From the IMG/VR virus record IMGVR_UViG_3300046522_000512, positions 1-64,000 of that record: a stretch of 64,000 nucleotides of DNA; one strand, given 5' to 3'. Origin of the DNA: a virus. Shown here in pieces: positions 50,540 to 59,378 of the stretch. Each line of letters starts with the position of its first letter. Position 1 is the stretch's first letter. Both the position numbers and the translations under genes were made by a program. The notes beneath the pieces are model-generated. The model was not told the origin of the DNA. It did no database searches and saw nothing but the letters and a program-made list of their open reading frames with translations.

Positions 50540-52998
50540 CACAGGTCGCCGCTTTCGGTGGTGCGGTAGCGCAAGCGGCACCGGCAGTTGATCGTCAGGT
50601 GGAGGGGGGCGAGCTGATCGCCGGGGAAGCGCATGGCGAAGCCGCCGACGTCGTACGGCTTGCCGACGGGCAGGGTGGTGCCGTCTACGGCCTGGTGGGC
50701 GGCGCGTACGCGGTCGTCGCGGCGGGTGACCCAGGTGCGTTCGATGCCGGGGCTGATCGCCGCGGCGGTGGCTTCCGCGGTGCCGTTGACGGTGGCGACG
50801 GCCGCCATCTCCGCCATCCCGGACGCGGTCTGTGCGGCCTGGTCGCCGAACGCGGTGCGTACGAGCGCGACCAGGTCGTCTATGTCGTCGGTGACGTCCT
50901 GCGCCTGAGTCAGCAGGGTTGCCGCGCTGTCCAGGAAGCCGCGGGCGATGTCCTCGGCGGCCGCCACGGCGTCGAGGACCGCGGCGGTGATGCGCTGCGA
51001 GGCCTCCGCCGGTACCCGCGGGGCGCCGAATGCGGCCATGGTGCGATCCGCTGTGGCGGCTGCGACCCGGGCGAGGATCCGGGCGAGGGTTCCGGTGACC
51101 TCGTCGAGCCACCGGTCGGCGCCGATGACCCGGGTCACGTCGAGTGCCGTGTCCCCGCCGCGCCGGTCCTCGGGGCCTGTCGGCTTCCAGAACTTGGTGC
51201 CCTTGCGGGCCTTGGGGGAGCGCAGCCGGGCGGTGACGACGCCTTCCTGCCGGGCGAACAGTGACTCCAGTGCGAGCGCTATCGCCTCTTGCGCCCGGTC
51301 GTAGTCGTCGTCTGTGACCTCGTACGAGGGCCGGTCGACGACCTTGAAGGGGAGGGCCTTCGTCTGGATGCCGCGGGCTTCGTCGACGGCGGCCGCGGCC
51401 GGGCCGGGCTCGGCTTGTACGTCCTGCCCCATGCGGGCTTCTGCGACTGCTGCGGCGGCCTCCCCGGGGCCGGCGGGCAGGTCTTGACCCATGCGGGCGT
51501 CGGCGACGGCCGCAGCCGCCGCACCACTGCCGTCCAGCGCGGGAGTGCCGGCGGGCTGTCCGCCGTCGGCGCGGGCCTGCGCCACCGCGTCGGCTGCCGC
51601 CCCGTTGCCGCCGGGCTGCGCCGACGGGTCGATGGGTGCGTTCGGGCCGCCGGGCGGCATGCCGGGGACGGCTTGGGAGCCGCCGCCCTGGATGCCGAGC
51701 GCCGCGGCGTCGGAGGGGAGCAGCGGGACGGGGGCCTTCTGCGGGGAGATCCACAGGGCTCGGGAGTGGGGGTTGTTGAACGGGGTGAGTCCGGCGCGGC
51801 GCCGGTACTCGTCGATGGAGATGAGTCCCTTGTCGAACTCCTCGCGGGCCTCCTGGCGGCGCTTGCGGCGGGGGAGTTCGAGGGCCTGGACGGTGGAGGT
51901 GTTGTAGCGAATCCCCAGGTCGTCTCCGCCGAGGTCTCCGGCGAACGCGTCGGAGATGAGCGCCAGGTGGCCGAGCTCGGTGTGGACCCAGAACCCGTAC
52001 TCTTCCTGCTCCGCGTTGTCGAAGGTGCGGCCCGACGCGTTGCCGGTGACGGACTCCGGGACGCCGAACGCCCCAAGGATCTCGATCTTGGAGTTCATCG
52101 CGGCGTGCTCGTAGGCCATCTCGCGCGGCCGGGCCGCCAAGTCGACGTAGTTCATGCCGCCGGGGCCCGCGCCGACCACGGACACGTGCCCGGCGAACTC
52201 CGAGCCGGGCAGGAACCGGGCCTCAAGGCGGTCCATGTCCTTGTCGGACAGGCTGCTCGTGTCGACGGCGACGATGCCGCCGGGCCTCGCGTCGTTCTTT
52301 ATGAACGCCACGTTGTACAGCCGGGACAGGTGGTCGAGTTCGATGCTGATGCCCGCGGCTTCGAGCGGTGTCTGCCCGGAGAACGGGTCGGTGGGATGCG
52401 GCTCGCGGATCCAGCGGACCCGCTCCGGTTCGAGTTCGCGGACGTGCCCGAACAGGGTCGTGAACTGGAAGTGCTTGATGTACTCGCCCTTGTCGTCCGG
52501 GATGGGGATGACCCGGTCGGGCGGAAGGAGGTCGAGGCGGGTGATGGTGCCGCGGTTGGACCGGGTCACCTCAACGAACGCACCCCGCTTGGACAGCAGG
52601 ATCTGGGCGGAGAGCCGCTTTCGGAACTGCGACCCGCTCTCCAGCGGGTTGGCCTTGGGCCCGTTCAGGAGCCGCAGGAGCGGATGGTCGTCGATGACCT
52701 CCTCGAACTCGCCGTCTTCGGTGAGGCCGCGCCCGATCTCCAAGGGGAGGCGGGCGGCGTGCTTGCCCATGGTGTCGATCGCCTTGTAGACCCAGACGAC
52801 GCGCTCATACCCCTCGGTGACGACGCGCCCGAGATCCCAGCCGTCGGCGCGGCCCTCGGTCCCCCACACGTTGCTCGTACCGGCGTACTGGGTGGAGGTG
52901 TAGCCGCCCGTCCACGCGATCGTTTTCGACTCGGCGGGCTGTAGGGCCTGGTTGGCAATCAGGTTTCGCAGAGCTGGTAGCCAGCGGCGTCGGGCCAT
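50539..52998 (-). CDS. HK97-family portal protein fused to a MuF (minor capsid) domain
   Basis: Portal: WVYKAID, HPLLRLLNGPKANP, GQTPLEAA, FIKNDARPGG, ILGAFGVP, GLISIDEYR. MuF: WVTRRDDRVRAAH...FPGD...INCRC. Confidence 0.95.
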   Translation of the reverse strand: MARRRWLPALRNLIANQALQPAESKTIAWTGGYTSTQYAGTSNVWGTEGRADGWDLGRVVTEGYERVVWVYKAIDTMGKHAARLPLEIGRGLTEDGEFEEVIDDHPLLRLLNGPKANPLESGSQFRKRLSAQILLSKRGAFVEVTRSNRGTITRLDLLPPDRVIPIPDDKGEYIKHFQFTTLFGHVRELEPERVRWIREPHPTDPFSGQTPLEAAGISIELDHLSRLYNVAFIKNDARPGGIVAVDTSSLSDKDMDRLEARFLPGSEFAGHVSVVGAGPGGMNYVDLAARPREMAYEHAAMNSKIEILGAFGVPESVTGNASGRTFDNAEQEEYGFWVHTELGHLALISDAFAGDLGGDDLGIRYNTSTVQALELPRRKRRQEAREEFDKGLISIDEYRRRAGLTPFNNPHSRALWISPQKAPVPLLPSDAAALGIQGGGSQAVPGMPPGGPNAPIDPSAQPGGNGAAADAVAQARADGGQPAGTPALDGSGAAAAAVADARMGQDLPAGPGEAAAAVAEARMGQDVQAEPGPAAAAVDEARGIQTKALPFKVVDRPSYEVTDDDYDRAQEAIALALESLFARQEGVVTARLRSPKARKGTKFWKPTGPEDRRGGDTALDVTRVIGADRWLDEVTGTLARILARVAAATADRTMAAFGAPRVPAEASQRITAAVLDAVAAAEDIARGFLDSAATLLTQAQDVTDDIDDLVALVRTAFGDQAAQTASGMAEMAAVATVNGTAEATAAAISPGIERTWVTRRDDRVRAAHQAVDGTTLPVGKPYDVGGFAMRFPGDQLAPLHLTINCRCRLRYRTTESGDL

Positions 52999-52999
52999 G

Positions 53000-53365
53000 T
53001 CACGCCCCCTCGCCGCTCATCCATACGGCGACGGCCAGAATCGCGCCGAACAGGACAGACCAGGGTGTGAACGTGTACGCCGCGGCGGACATCAGGGCCA
53101 GGCCGACGGTGAGGGTGACGTAGCCGCGGTAGAGGCGTACCTGGGGAGGTACGGGCGGCTCAGTCTGGCGGAGGACCGCCCCGCCAGCGGATGCCGTCAG
53201 TGCGCCGATCAGGAACACGACCGTGGGCGGCGACGCCGAGTAGAGGGCTCCCAGCAGGCCGACCGTCCCGACGCCGGCCAGGAGGAGGCCGAACAGATCG
53301 CGGGCGAGGCGACGCCGCATAGCCCAGCGGGTGGGAGGCGGTGGAGACTGCGTTGGAGGATTCAC
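53000..53365 (-). CDS. Four-TM membrane protein preceding the portal
   Basis: 121 aa with four hydrophobic segments; apparently leaderless GTG. Confidence 0.75.
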   Translation of the reverse strand: MNPPTQSPPPPTRWAMRRRLARDLFGLLLAGVGTVGLLGALYSASPPTVVFLIGALTASAGGAVLRQTEPPVPPQVRLYRGYVTLTVGLALMSAAAYTFTPWSVLFGAILAVAVWMSGEGA

Positions 53366-53372
53366 GCCGCGG

Positions 53373-53400
53373 ACCGTAGGAAGGCCCGCGGGTTTGCGTC
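53373..53400 (-). promoter_or_regulatory. Putative late promoter (copy 13)
   Basis: GACGCAAAC-N13-TACGGT, 7 nt before GTG 53365. Confidence 0.72.
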
Positions 53401-53405
53401 GCGGG

Positions 53406-53564
53406 CTAGGCGTCCAGGTCGATCACTGCGTACGCGATACCGAGCCAGGCCAGGACGGCGACGAAGACCGTGACGGCTGCGGCGGCGCGGGCGTCACCGG
53501 TGTGGGAGAAGGTCAGTCCGCCGGAGATGAGACCGCAGGCGAGACCGGCGAGGAAGACGCGCAT
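53406..53564 (-). CDS. 52-aa two-TM membrane protein
   Basis: AGGAA RBS; MRVFLAGLACGLISGGLTFSHTGDARAAAAVTVFVAVLAWLGIAYAVIDLDA. Confidence 0.65.
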   Translation of the reverse strand: MRVFLAGLACGLISGGLTFSHTGDARAAAAVTVFVAVLAWLGIAYAVIDLDA

Positions 53565-53573
53565 GGGTGGTTC

Positions 53574-54023
53574 CTATCGGGCGGGGCGTGAGACGCCGGA
53601 GACGTAGGCGCTGATGCCGCGCCGCTGGATGGTGCCGCCGGGGATGAGCTTGGCGCTCGGGGGCGGCTCGGGGAGCTTGCGCTTGGCGCGCACGCTCTGG
53701 TCGCCGCCGATCAGGTGCCGGTTGTCGATGAGCGCTTCGCAGTCCTTGTCGGAGACGTCGTCGTAAGGGCGTCGGCAGCCGCGGCAGTAGACCTCAAGGG
53801 CGTCGATGCGGGTTCCGGCCGGGGCGGTGAAGGAGCCGCGGAAGTCGGCGGCCTTCGCGATGCGGTCCTCGACCTTGATCTCTGCGGCGACGATCCACAC
53901 GTGCGCGCGGGTCTCGACTTCCGCGGGCTCGGTGGTGTCGGGCGGGGGTGATTCCAGCGGCTCGTCGAAGAGGTCCGCGAACAGACTCAGTTCCAGTTGG
54001 TCCCGCACTACCGCTGTTGTCAC
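53574..54023 (-). CDS. Hypothetical protein with H/CxxC/C motif
   Basis: GTG after GGAGGA; HVW...YCRGCRRPY...C...HLIGG. Confidence 0.7.
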   Translation of the reverse strand: MTTAVVRDQLELSLFADLFDEPLESPPPDTTEPAEVETRAHVWIVAAEIKVEDRIAKAADFRGSFTAPAGTRIDALEVYCRGCRRPYDDVSDKDCEALIDNRHLIGGDQSVRAKRKLPEPPPSAKLIPGGTIQRRGISAYVSGVSRPAR

Positions 54024-54127
54024 AGACGATCCTCCGGTATCGCAGTGGCCCCCCAGCGTCAACGCCTCGATGCCATATGGACGTAGTGACCGGCCTGTGC
54101 GTTACACCTGGTCGTTTCAGGGCAGCA

Positions 54128-54173
54128 GAAAGCCCCGCTCGTCCACCGCGGGGGTGGAGCGGACGAGCGGGGC
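54128..54173 (-). terminator. Intrinsic terminator after the methyltransferase
   Basis: 13-bp inverted repeat GCCCCGCTCGTCC followed by TTTC on the minus strand. Confidence 0.65.
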
Positions 54174-54193
54174 CGTACGGGGGTGCGGAGCGG

Positions 54194-54871
54194 CTACGCG
54201 GGCGCGTAGGCGCGCACCAGGAGGGTGCCCAGCACTGCGGGTTCCTGCGGGGGGAGGACTTCCGCGCGCACGTCGGTGAAGCCGTGCCGTTTGAGGATGT
54301 CGGCCCACTGGTCGGCGCTGTACTGCCACCGGTACACCTGTAGTTCCTTCTCGCGGCCCTCCAGCCACTTGCCGCCCATCTGCTGCGCCCCGTACTGGCC
54401 GGTGACGGGCTCGCGGTGGGAGAAGGCGAACACGCCGCCCGGGGCAAGGCGCTTGGCGACTTGGGGGAAAAGGTGCTCGGGGTCGGTGAACCAGACGGCG
54501 CCCCATGTCGAGTAGATGGCATCCCAGGTGCGCAGGTCGTCGTCGAGGAACGCGCACGCCTCGGCGTGGATGAACTCCAGTCCGGGGAGGCCTTCCCAGA
54601 AGGCGCGGGCGCGGGCGACCTGCACGGGGGAGAAGTCGACGCCGGTCACCTTGGCGCCGGAGCGGGTGAGGTAGGCGGCGTTCTCGCCCTCGGCCGGCCC
54701 CAGGTCGAGGACGGTCGACGGGCTGCCGAGGAGTTCGGCGCCGGGCCCGTTGTCCTTGATGCCGGTCCAGTCGAAGCGCTCGGCCGCGGGGCGGGGTTCG
54801 GCTCCTTCTCCGCGGTAGGGCTTGTACTTGTCCCAGTACTCGGCTGCGGTCTGTGGGGCTGCGCTGGACAT
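54194..54871 (-). CDS. Class I SAM-dependent methyltransferase
   Basis: VLDLGPAEG, VTGVDFS, WDAIYS, LAPGGVFAFS. Confidence 0.9.
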   Translation of the reverse strand: MSSAAPQTAAEYWDKYKPYRGEGAEPRPAAERFDWTGIKDNGPGAELLGSPSTVLDLGPAEGENAAYLTRSGAKVTGVDFSPVQVARARAFWEGLPGLEFIHAEACAFLDDDLRTWDAIYSTWGAVWFTDPEHLFPQVAKRLAPGGVFAFSHREPVTGQYGAQQMGGKWLEGREKELQVYRWQYSADQWADILKRHGFTDVRAEVLPPQEPAVLGTLLVRAYAPA

Positions 54872-54966
54872 GCGGATCCTCCGGGGGAGAGACGAACTCC
54901 AGAGGCGTCACGCTAGCGGCGGCGCTGCCGTGCCGTACGGGAAAGGAAGAAACCGTCACATACCTG

Positions 54967-55005
54967 AACAAAGACGCCCGGGGTCGCGTGATGCGACCCC
55001 GGGCG
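54967..55005 (-). terminator. Intrinsic terminator
   Basis: CGCCCGGGGTCGC/GCGACCCCGGGCG stem followed by TCTTTGTT on the minus strand. Confidence 0.7.
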
Positions 55006-55021
55006 CCTTACGGCCTACCGG

Positions 55022-55489
55022 TCAGTGGCAGCTCGTGCCCGGCGCGCACGGCGTGCACTTGGAGAAGTCCGCCTCCCACAGCGGCCAGTCCACGCCGAAA
55101 CCGTTGTCAGCGATGACGTGGGCGGTCCGCTCGACGGAGCCGTCGTACTTGAACGCGATCTCCGGAATGTGTTCCAGGAACCGGCCGAAGTGCCGCTCGC
55201 AGAATTCCCGGTAGTTGCGGGTGTCCAGGATGAAGCCGTGGACCGCGATGTCCACGATCCGCCCGCAGCCGATCTCCAGGCGGTCGTCCCACCGCTCCAT
55301 CGCGGTCATGAGGTAGGCGACGGCCTGCCCGAACAGGCGCTCAGCCATCACCCGGTCGAACGGGTTGTCGCGCATGAGGAGGAGGATCTGGCGGTCCCAC
55401 ACGTCCGGGGCGACGTAGTCCCGGGGGTCGCGGGTGACCGTGTATTCCTCGCGGTCCTTCGTGATGAGCTGCGGTGTTGGTGTTGCCAT
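55022..55489 (-). CDS. GRDP/DUF1399-like protein with Cys-rich tail
   Basis: ATG after GGAGG; VDIAVHGFILDTRNYREFCERHFGRFLEHIP; ends KCTPCAPGTSCH. Confidence 0.75.
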   Translation of the reverse strand: MATPTPQLITKDREEYTVTRDPRDYVAPDVWDRQILLLMRDNPFDRVMAERLFGQAVAYLMTAMERWDDRLEIGCGRIVDIAVHGFILDTRNYREFCERHFGRFLEHIPEIAFKYDGSVERTAHVIADNGFGVDWPLWEADFSKCTPCAPGTSCH

Positions 55490-55627
55490 GGTGCCCTCCG
55501 GTGTCGGATTGCGTGGCGCTACCTCCCGGCCGACGGATGACGGCCGGGCTGCCCGCACCACACGGGTGCGGGGGTGGAGAGGCGCCGGGCGGGGGAGACG
55601 GGGGTGCATCCCCCGGCCGGCGCCGGT

Positions 55628-56083
55628 CTATGTGGGCCCGGCGGCCTCGGCCGTGGGCAGGTAGGTCAGGAACACGGCGCGGCGGTGGAGCTGTTCGAGC
55701 AGCAGCGCGTACGTCTCGTTGTCCGTCGTGATCGCGGCCCGGCTGATGGCGACGATGCCGTCCGCGAAGCCTTGCCCCGCGTACAGGCAGGCCTCCGTGA
55801 ACCCGGACCGCTGCCCGATCTCGGGGGCCTGGCCGACGTCGGCGAACGAGGACGCCGCGAGCCGCCACCCACGGCTCCGTACGTGGTTCTCGATCAGCTC
55901 CAGATCCGCGCGCCGTTCGGCGCCCGGCTCGGCCAGCGCGTAGGGGACGACGCGGACCGTACGGCCCACAGCACGGGCCGCGGCCACGGTCTCCAACTGG
56001 AAGCGCCGTCGCACTATCTCCAGCCGCACGTCCTCCGGCCGGGGCGTGGCGGCGAGCGGCGGGTATTTGCTGGGTGTCGTCAC
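55628..56083 (-). CDS. Resolvase catalytic-domain-like protein, probably inactive
   Basis: RGWRL..FAD.G..RSGF..GFADGIVA pattern, but YAL replaces the Y-x-R-x-S catalytic motif. Confidence 0.6.
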   Translation of the reverse strand: MTTPSKYPPLAATPRPEDVRLEIVRRRFQLETVAAARAVGRTVRVVPYALAEPGAERRADLELIENHVRSRGWRLAASSFADVGQAPEIGQRSGFTEACLYAGQGFADGIVAISRAAITTDNETYALLLEQLHRRAVFLTYLPTAEAAGPT

Positions 56084-56105
56084 AGTGCCTTCCCTCACGA
56101 TCGGA

Positions 56106-56690
56106 TCAGGAGCTGGTGCTCAGGGACTCGCCGAGGAGTTCCTCGTGCGGGATGGGGCCCGGCTTGAACCGGTCGAGGAGATCGGCCAGGGGCCAGTGCG
56201 GCACGAGACGGTCACCGCGGCACGGGCGTAGCCAGTACGGGCCCGGCGGCTGGGTCCGCTGCAGGGGCGGCAGGGTGAGTTCGTGCGGGGCGCCCCGGCA
56301 TATGCCGTAGCTGTTGTCCCAGATTGCATGCGTGCCCGGCGGCACGAGCCAGATGAGCAGATCCTGCTCCGGGTCCGCGATGACCGGGCCGCAGGCGGGG
56401 GTGTCAGAGCGTGCGCCCCGGAGGCGCTGGACTTCGTCCATGAGGTCCATGACGGCGTGGGCTTGGGGGCCGGAGGCGGTCACGACAGCGTCGAAGAACT
56501 GGCCGCCTAACGGTAACCGGAACGGGTTCCCGTGCTGGAGATCCATCAGGTTCCGTACGCGCGCGGCGAGGTCGCTCATGTCCTGTGCGACGTCCTCGGG
56601 CGCGGCGTCCAGGGTGGGCCTGAAGTCGACGCTGCCGGGCCCGCGGCGGAGTGGCTGCGCCGCACGCTGGGGAAGGGGCGCGGGCGTCAT
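56106..56690 (-). CDS. Conserved actinobacterial hypothetical protein
   Basis: ATGA-coupled; GPVIADP..LIWLVPPGT..W and LPP..PPGPYWLRP. Confidence 0.7.
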   Translation of the reverse strand: MTPAPLPQRAAQPLRRGPGSVDFRPTLDAAPEDVAQDMSDLAARVRNLMDLQHGNPFRLPLGGQFFDAVVTASGPQAHAVMDLMDEVQRLRGARSDTPACGPVIADPEQDLLIWLVPPGTHAIWDNSYGICRGAPHELTLPPLQRTQPPGPYWLRPCRGDRLVPHWPLADLLDRFKPGPIPHEELLGESLSTSS

Positions 56691-57241
56691 ACGGCATCGC
56701 CCCAGGTCGCGGGGAGAAGGGCCTGCACGGTCTTGCCGACGACCTCGCCATCGTCCTTCTGGTGGTCCCATGAGGCGGTGCCGCGGTAGTGGGCCAGCCA
56801 CCACAGGCCGGGGGGCGCGGACCGGGGCTCATGGCTCTGGTTCGCGACCTGGTCGAAGTCCGGGAACTCGGGGAACGCGTCGTCGACCTCGATGAGCAGT
56901 TCGTCCGTGTCGGGGTGGGCGAGCAGCCGCAGGACAACCTTCCCGTCGGCGAAGGGCCGCCCGTGCCTCACGGCGTTGTCGACCAGGTGGGAGGCGACCC
57001 GGGCGGCGGCGTCGATGTTGCCGGGCCAGGAACAGACCGTGAGCCGCGGGCGGATGCGCAGCCGCGCGTTCGTTGCTGCTCCGCTGTCGGCGACCAGGCG
57101 GGTGCTCCATCGGAACGGGGACTGCTCTGCGGGCAGCGGAAGGAGTGCGGTCGCAGTGCCGGCCGGGCGCAGCACAGTGGCGGACGCTCCCCCGGGCGGG
57201 GGGACCGCTGGGGCTGCGGGTTCGGTTGCGCGCGGTTTCAC
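56687..57241 (-). CDS. HATPase_c (RsbW-like) ATP-binding protein
   Basis: ASHLVDNAVRHG, LLIEVDD, GLW, GKTVQALL; start uncertain. Confidence 0.8.
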   Translation of the reverse strand: MKPRATEPAAPAVPPPGGASATVLRPAGTATALLPLPAEQSPFRWSTRLVADSGAATNARLRIRPRLTVCSWPGNIDAAARVASHLVDNAVRHGRPFADGKVVLRLLAHPDTDELLIEVDDAFPEFPDFDQVANQSHEPRSAPPGLWWLAHYRGTASWDHQKDDGEVVGKTVQALLPATWGDAV

Positions 57242-57496
57242 GGCGGGGGGCTCCCAGGTTCATGGTTGTGCTCGGTCGGGCACTCTCTGCGAGGGCTGAC
57301 ACCACCGTGGCAACCGTGGGGGGACGGATCTACCCCCATATCCGCCTCGGGTTCGGGAGAGAAGTTGACGCCTTCCCTCGGACGTTCCTCGGACTTCCCT
57401 CGGATCGGTAAGTACCGTCTGTAGAGGGCATCTTGAGTGAGACAAGGTTCTACCGTCGGATCAGTGACGTGCAGTCGGATGTTCGAGGAGGAAGCC

Positions 57497-58819
57497 GTGT
57501 TGCTCTTCCGGAAGGCGCTGGAGTTACGCGGCATACGCACCCCTGATGACTTCCTCCCGGAGTACCGGAAGGTGGCCGAGCGGCTCGGGTCGAGGGACGC
57601 GGAACCGGCCCTGAAGACCGTCGAAGGATGGATCTACGAGGGGCGGAAGCCGCAGCGGGTGTTCCGGCCGGTCATCGTCGAGATGCTGGGTTACACCATC
57701 GAGCAACTGTGGTCCCCGGAGGACGCCGCGCCGTACTTCGCTGCGCAGGCAGACACGTCACCGACTGCACCCCATGTCGAGTTCGGCATGGACCTGATCG
57801 AGATGAGAAGGACGGGCACGATGGCAGTACGACGCGCGAAGGATTTCCTGCTCGGGGCAGACCGGGACCGGGTGGGCGACGACACGCTCGGCGTGCTCGA
57901 CGACGAGGTGCGGCGCCTGGTCGCCGAGTACCCCCGGGTCCCGCTCCCGACGGTGTGGCCCGACTTGCTGGAGACCCAAGAACAGGTCTTCCGGCTCCTG
58001 GAAGGCGGCCGCGTCCGGCCCTCCCAGCTCCGCGACCTGAACGTCGCGGGCGCCATCCTGAGTTTCTTGGTCGCCAAGGGCTTCAACGACATGCAGAACC
58101 CCCACGAGGCCATGACGATGACCCGGGTCGCAGCAGCGTGCGCCAGGGACGCCGAACACCCCGGGCTCATCGCCCTCACCGACGGACTCAAGTCGCTCAT
58201 CGCCTACTGGGCCGGGCGGCCCGCGGACGCCTACCACTACGCCGGCCAGGGTGCCGAGAGCGCCGTCAACGTGCAGGGGACAGCGGGCCTGTGGCTCCTC
58301 GGCCTCAAGTCGCGCGCCGCCGCGGTGCTCGGCGACGAGGAGACCGTGCGCGAGGCGAACCGGCAGGCCGCCGACCGGAGAGAGCGCGTCGTCCCGGACG
58401 ACCTGGACGAGCTCGGCGGACTGTTCACCTACAGCCGCGCAAAGCAGCTCTATTACTCGGTGGAGGCCGAAGCGCTCCTGGGCCACGGCAGTGCGCAGCT
58501 CGCCGCGCAGGCCGAGGAAGCCGTCGACGCGTTCGCCGACCCCAACGCCCCTGACTGGGCATTCGGCGACCTCGCAGGCGCACAGTGCGACCTCGCGCTC
58601 GTCCGCCTCTACAGCAGCGACGCGGACGGCGCAGCGACCGCCATCCGCCCCGTGCTCAACCTGCCCGCCTCCCACCGCAACAACGGGATCATCGTCTCCG
58701 CCAGTCGCGTCCGCTCCGCACTGGATACCGGCCCCGTGCGGACAGCTGCGGTCGCGCGTGACCTGCGCGCGGAGATTGAGGCATTCCCGGGCGCCAGGCC
58801 TGCCCTGCCCCGCGGGTAG
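57497..58819 (+). CDS. XRE-like transcriptional regulator with helical C-terminal domain
   Basis: GTG after GAGGAGG. HTH-like KTVEGWIYEGRKPQ...LGYTIEQLW, followed by TPR-like helices. Divergent from the HATPase operon. Confidence 0.8.
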   Translation: MLLFRKALELRGIRTPDDFLPEYRKVAERLGSRDAEPALKTVEGWIYEGRKPQRVFRPVIVEMLGYTIEQLWSPEDAAPYFAAQADTSPTAPHVEFGMDLIEMRRTGTMAVRRAKDFLLGADRDRVGDDTLGVLDDEVRRLVAEYPRVPLPTVWPDLLETQEQVFRLLEGGRVRPSQLRDLNVAGAILSFLVAKGFNDMQNPHEAMTMTRVAAACARDAEHPGLIALTDGLKSLIAYWAGRPADAYHYAGQGAESAVNVQGTAGLWLLGLKSRAAAVLGDEETVREANRQAADRRERVVPDDLDELGGLFTYSRAKQLYYSVEAEALLGHGSAQLAAQAEEAVDAFADPNAPDWAFGDLAGAQCDLALVRLYSSDADGAATAIRPVLNLPASHRNNGIIVSASRVRSALDTGPVRTAAVARDLRAEIEAFPGARPALPRG

Positions 58820-58828
58820 AGTCCGGGC

Positions 58829-59371
58829 ATGCACCCGGTCATCCGTTCCAGCAAACGCCTCGACCTGCGGGAGCTCGCCCTCACGGACGTGGGGGCGTTG
58901 CACGCCATCTACGGCAGCCCCGTCGCGACCGCACACCTGTCGTTCGAGCCCCGCAGCCGAGAGCAGGTCGAACAGATCGTGGCCCGGTCCGTGGTGGCCG
59001 CCGCGGAGACACCCCGCACCGAGTACGCGCTCGCCGTCATCGAGAAGGAGACGGGCGAGCTGATCGGGTCCGGTCGTCTGGCCCTCGATCCCCACCAGCA
59101 GCGCGGAGCCACCATCGGCTTCGCGCTGCGCCCGCAGTCGTGGGGACGGGGTTACGGCTTGGAGACGGTGCGGCTCCTTCTCGGCCTCGGCTTCAACGAC
59201 CTCGACCTGCACCGTATTTGGGGCGCCCGTGCCCCGCTCAACGTCCCTTCGGCGCGCACCATGGCGGCCGCTGGCATGGTCGAAGAGGGCGTCATCCGCG
59301 GGCACGTCCTGAAGGGCGGAGGATGGCGGGACTCCGTCGTGCACGCAATCCTCGACCGCGAGTGGGACTGA
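58829..59371 (+). CDS. GNAT acetyltransferase (RimJ/RimL family)
   Basis: RLDLREL, IGFALRPQSWGRGYG, NVPSAR, GMVEEG, WRDS. Confidence 0.92.
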   Translation: MHPVIRSSKRLDLRELALTDVGALHAIYGSPVATAHLSFEPRSREQVEQIVARSVVAAAETPRTEYALAVIEKETGELIGSGRLALDPHQQRGATIGFALRPQSWGRGYGLETVRLLLGLGFNDLDLHRIWGARAPLNVPSARTMAAAGMVEEGVIRGHVLKGGGWRDSVVHAILDREWD

Positions 59372-59378
59372 CGAACGA

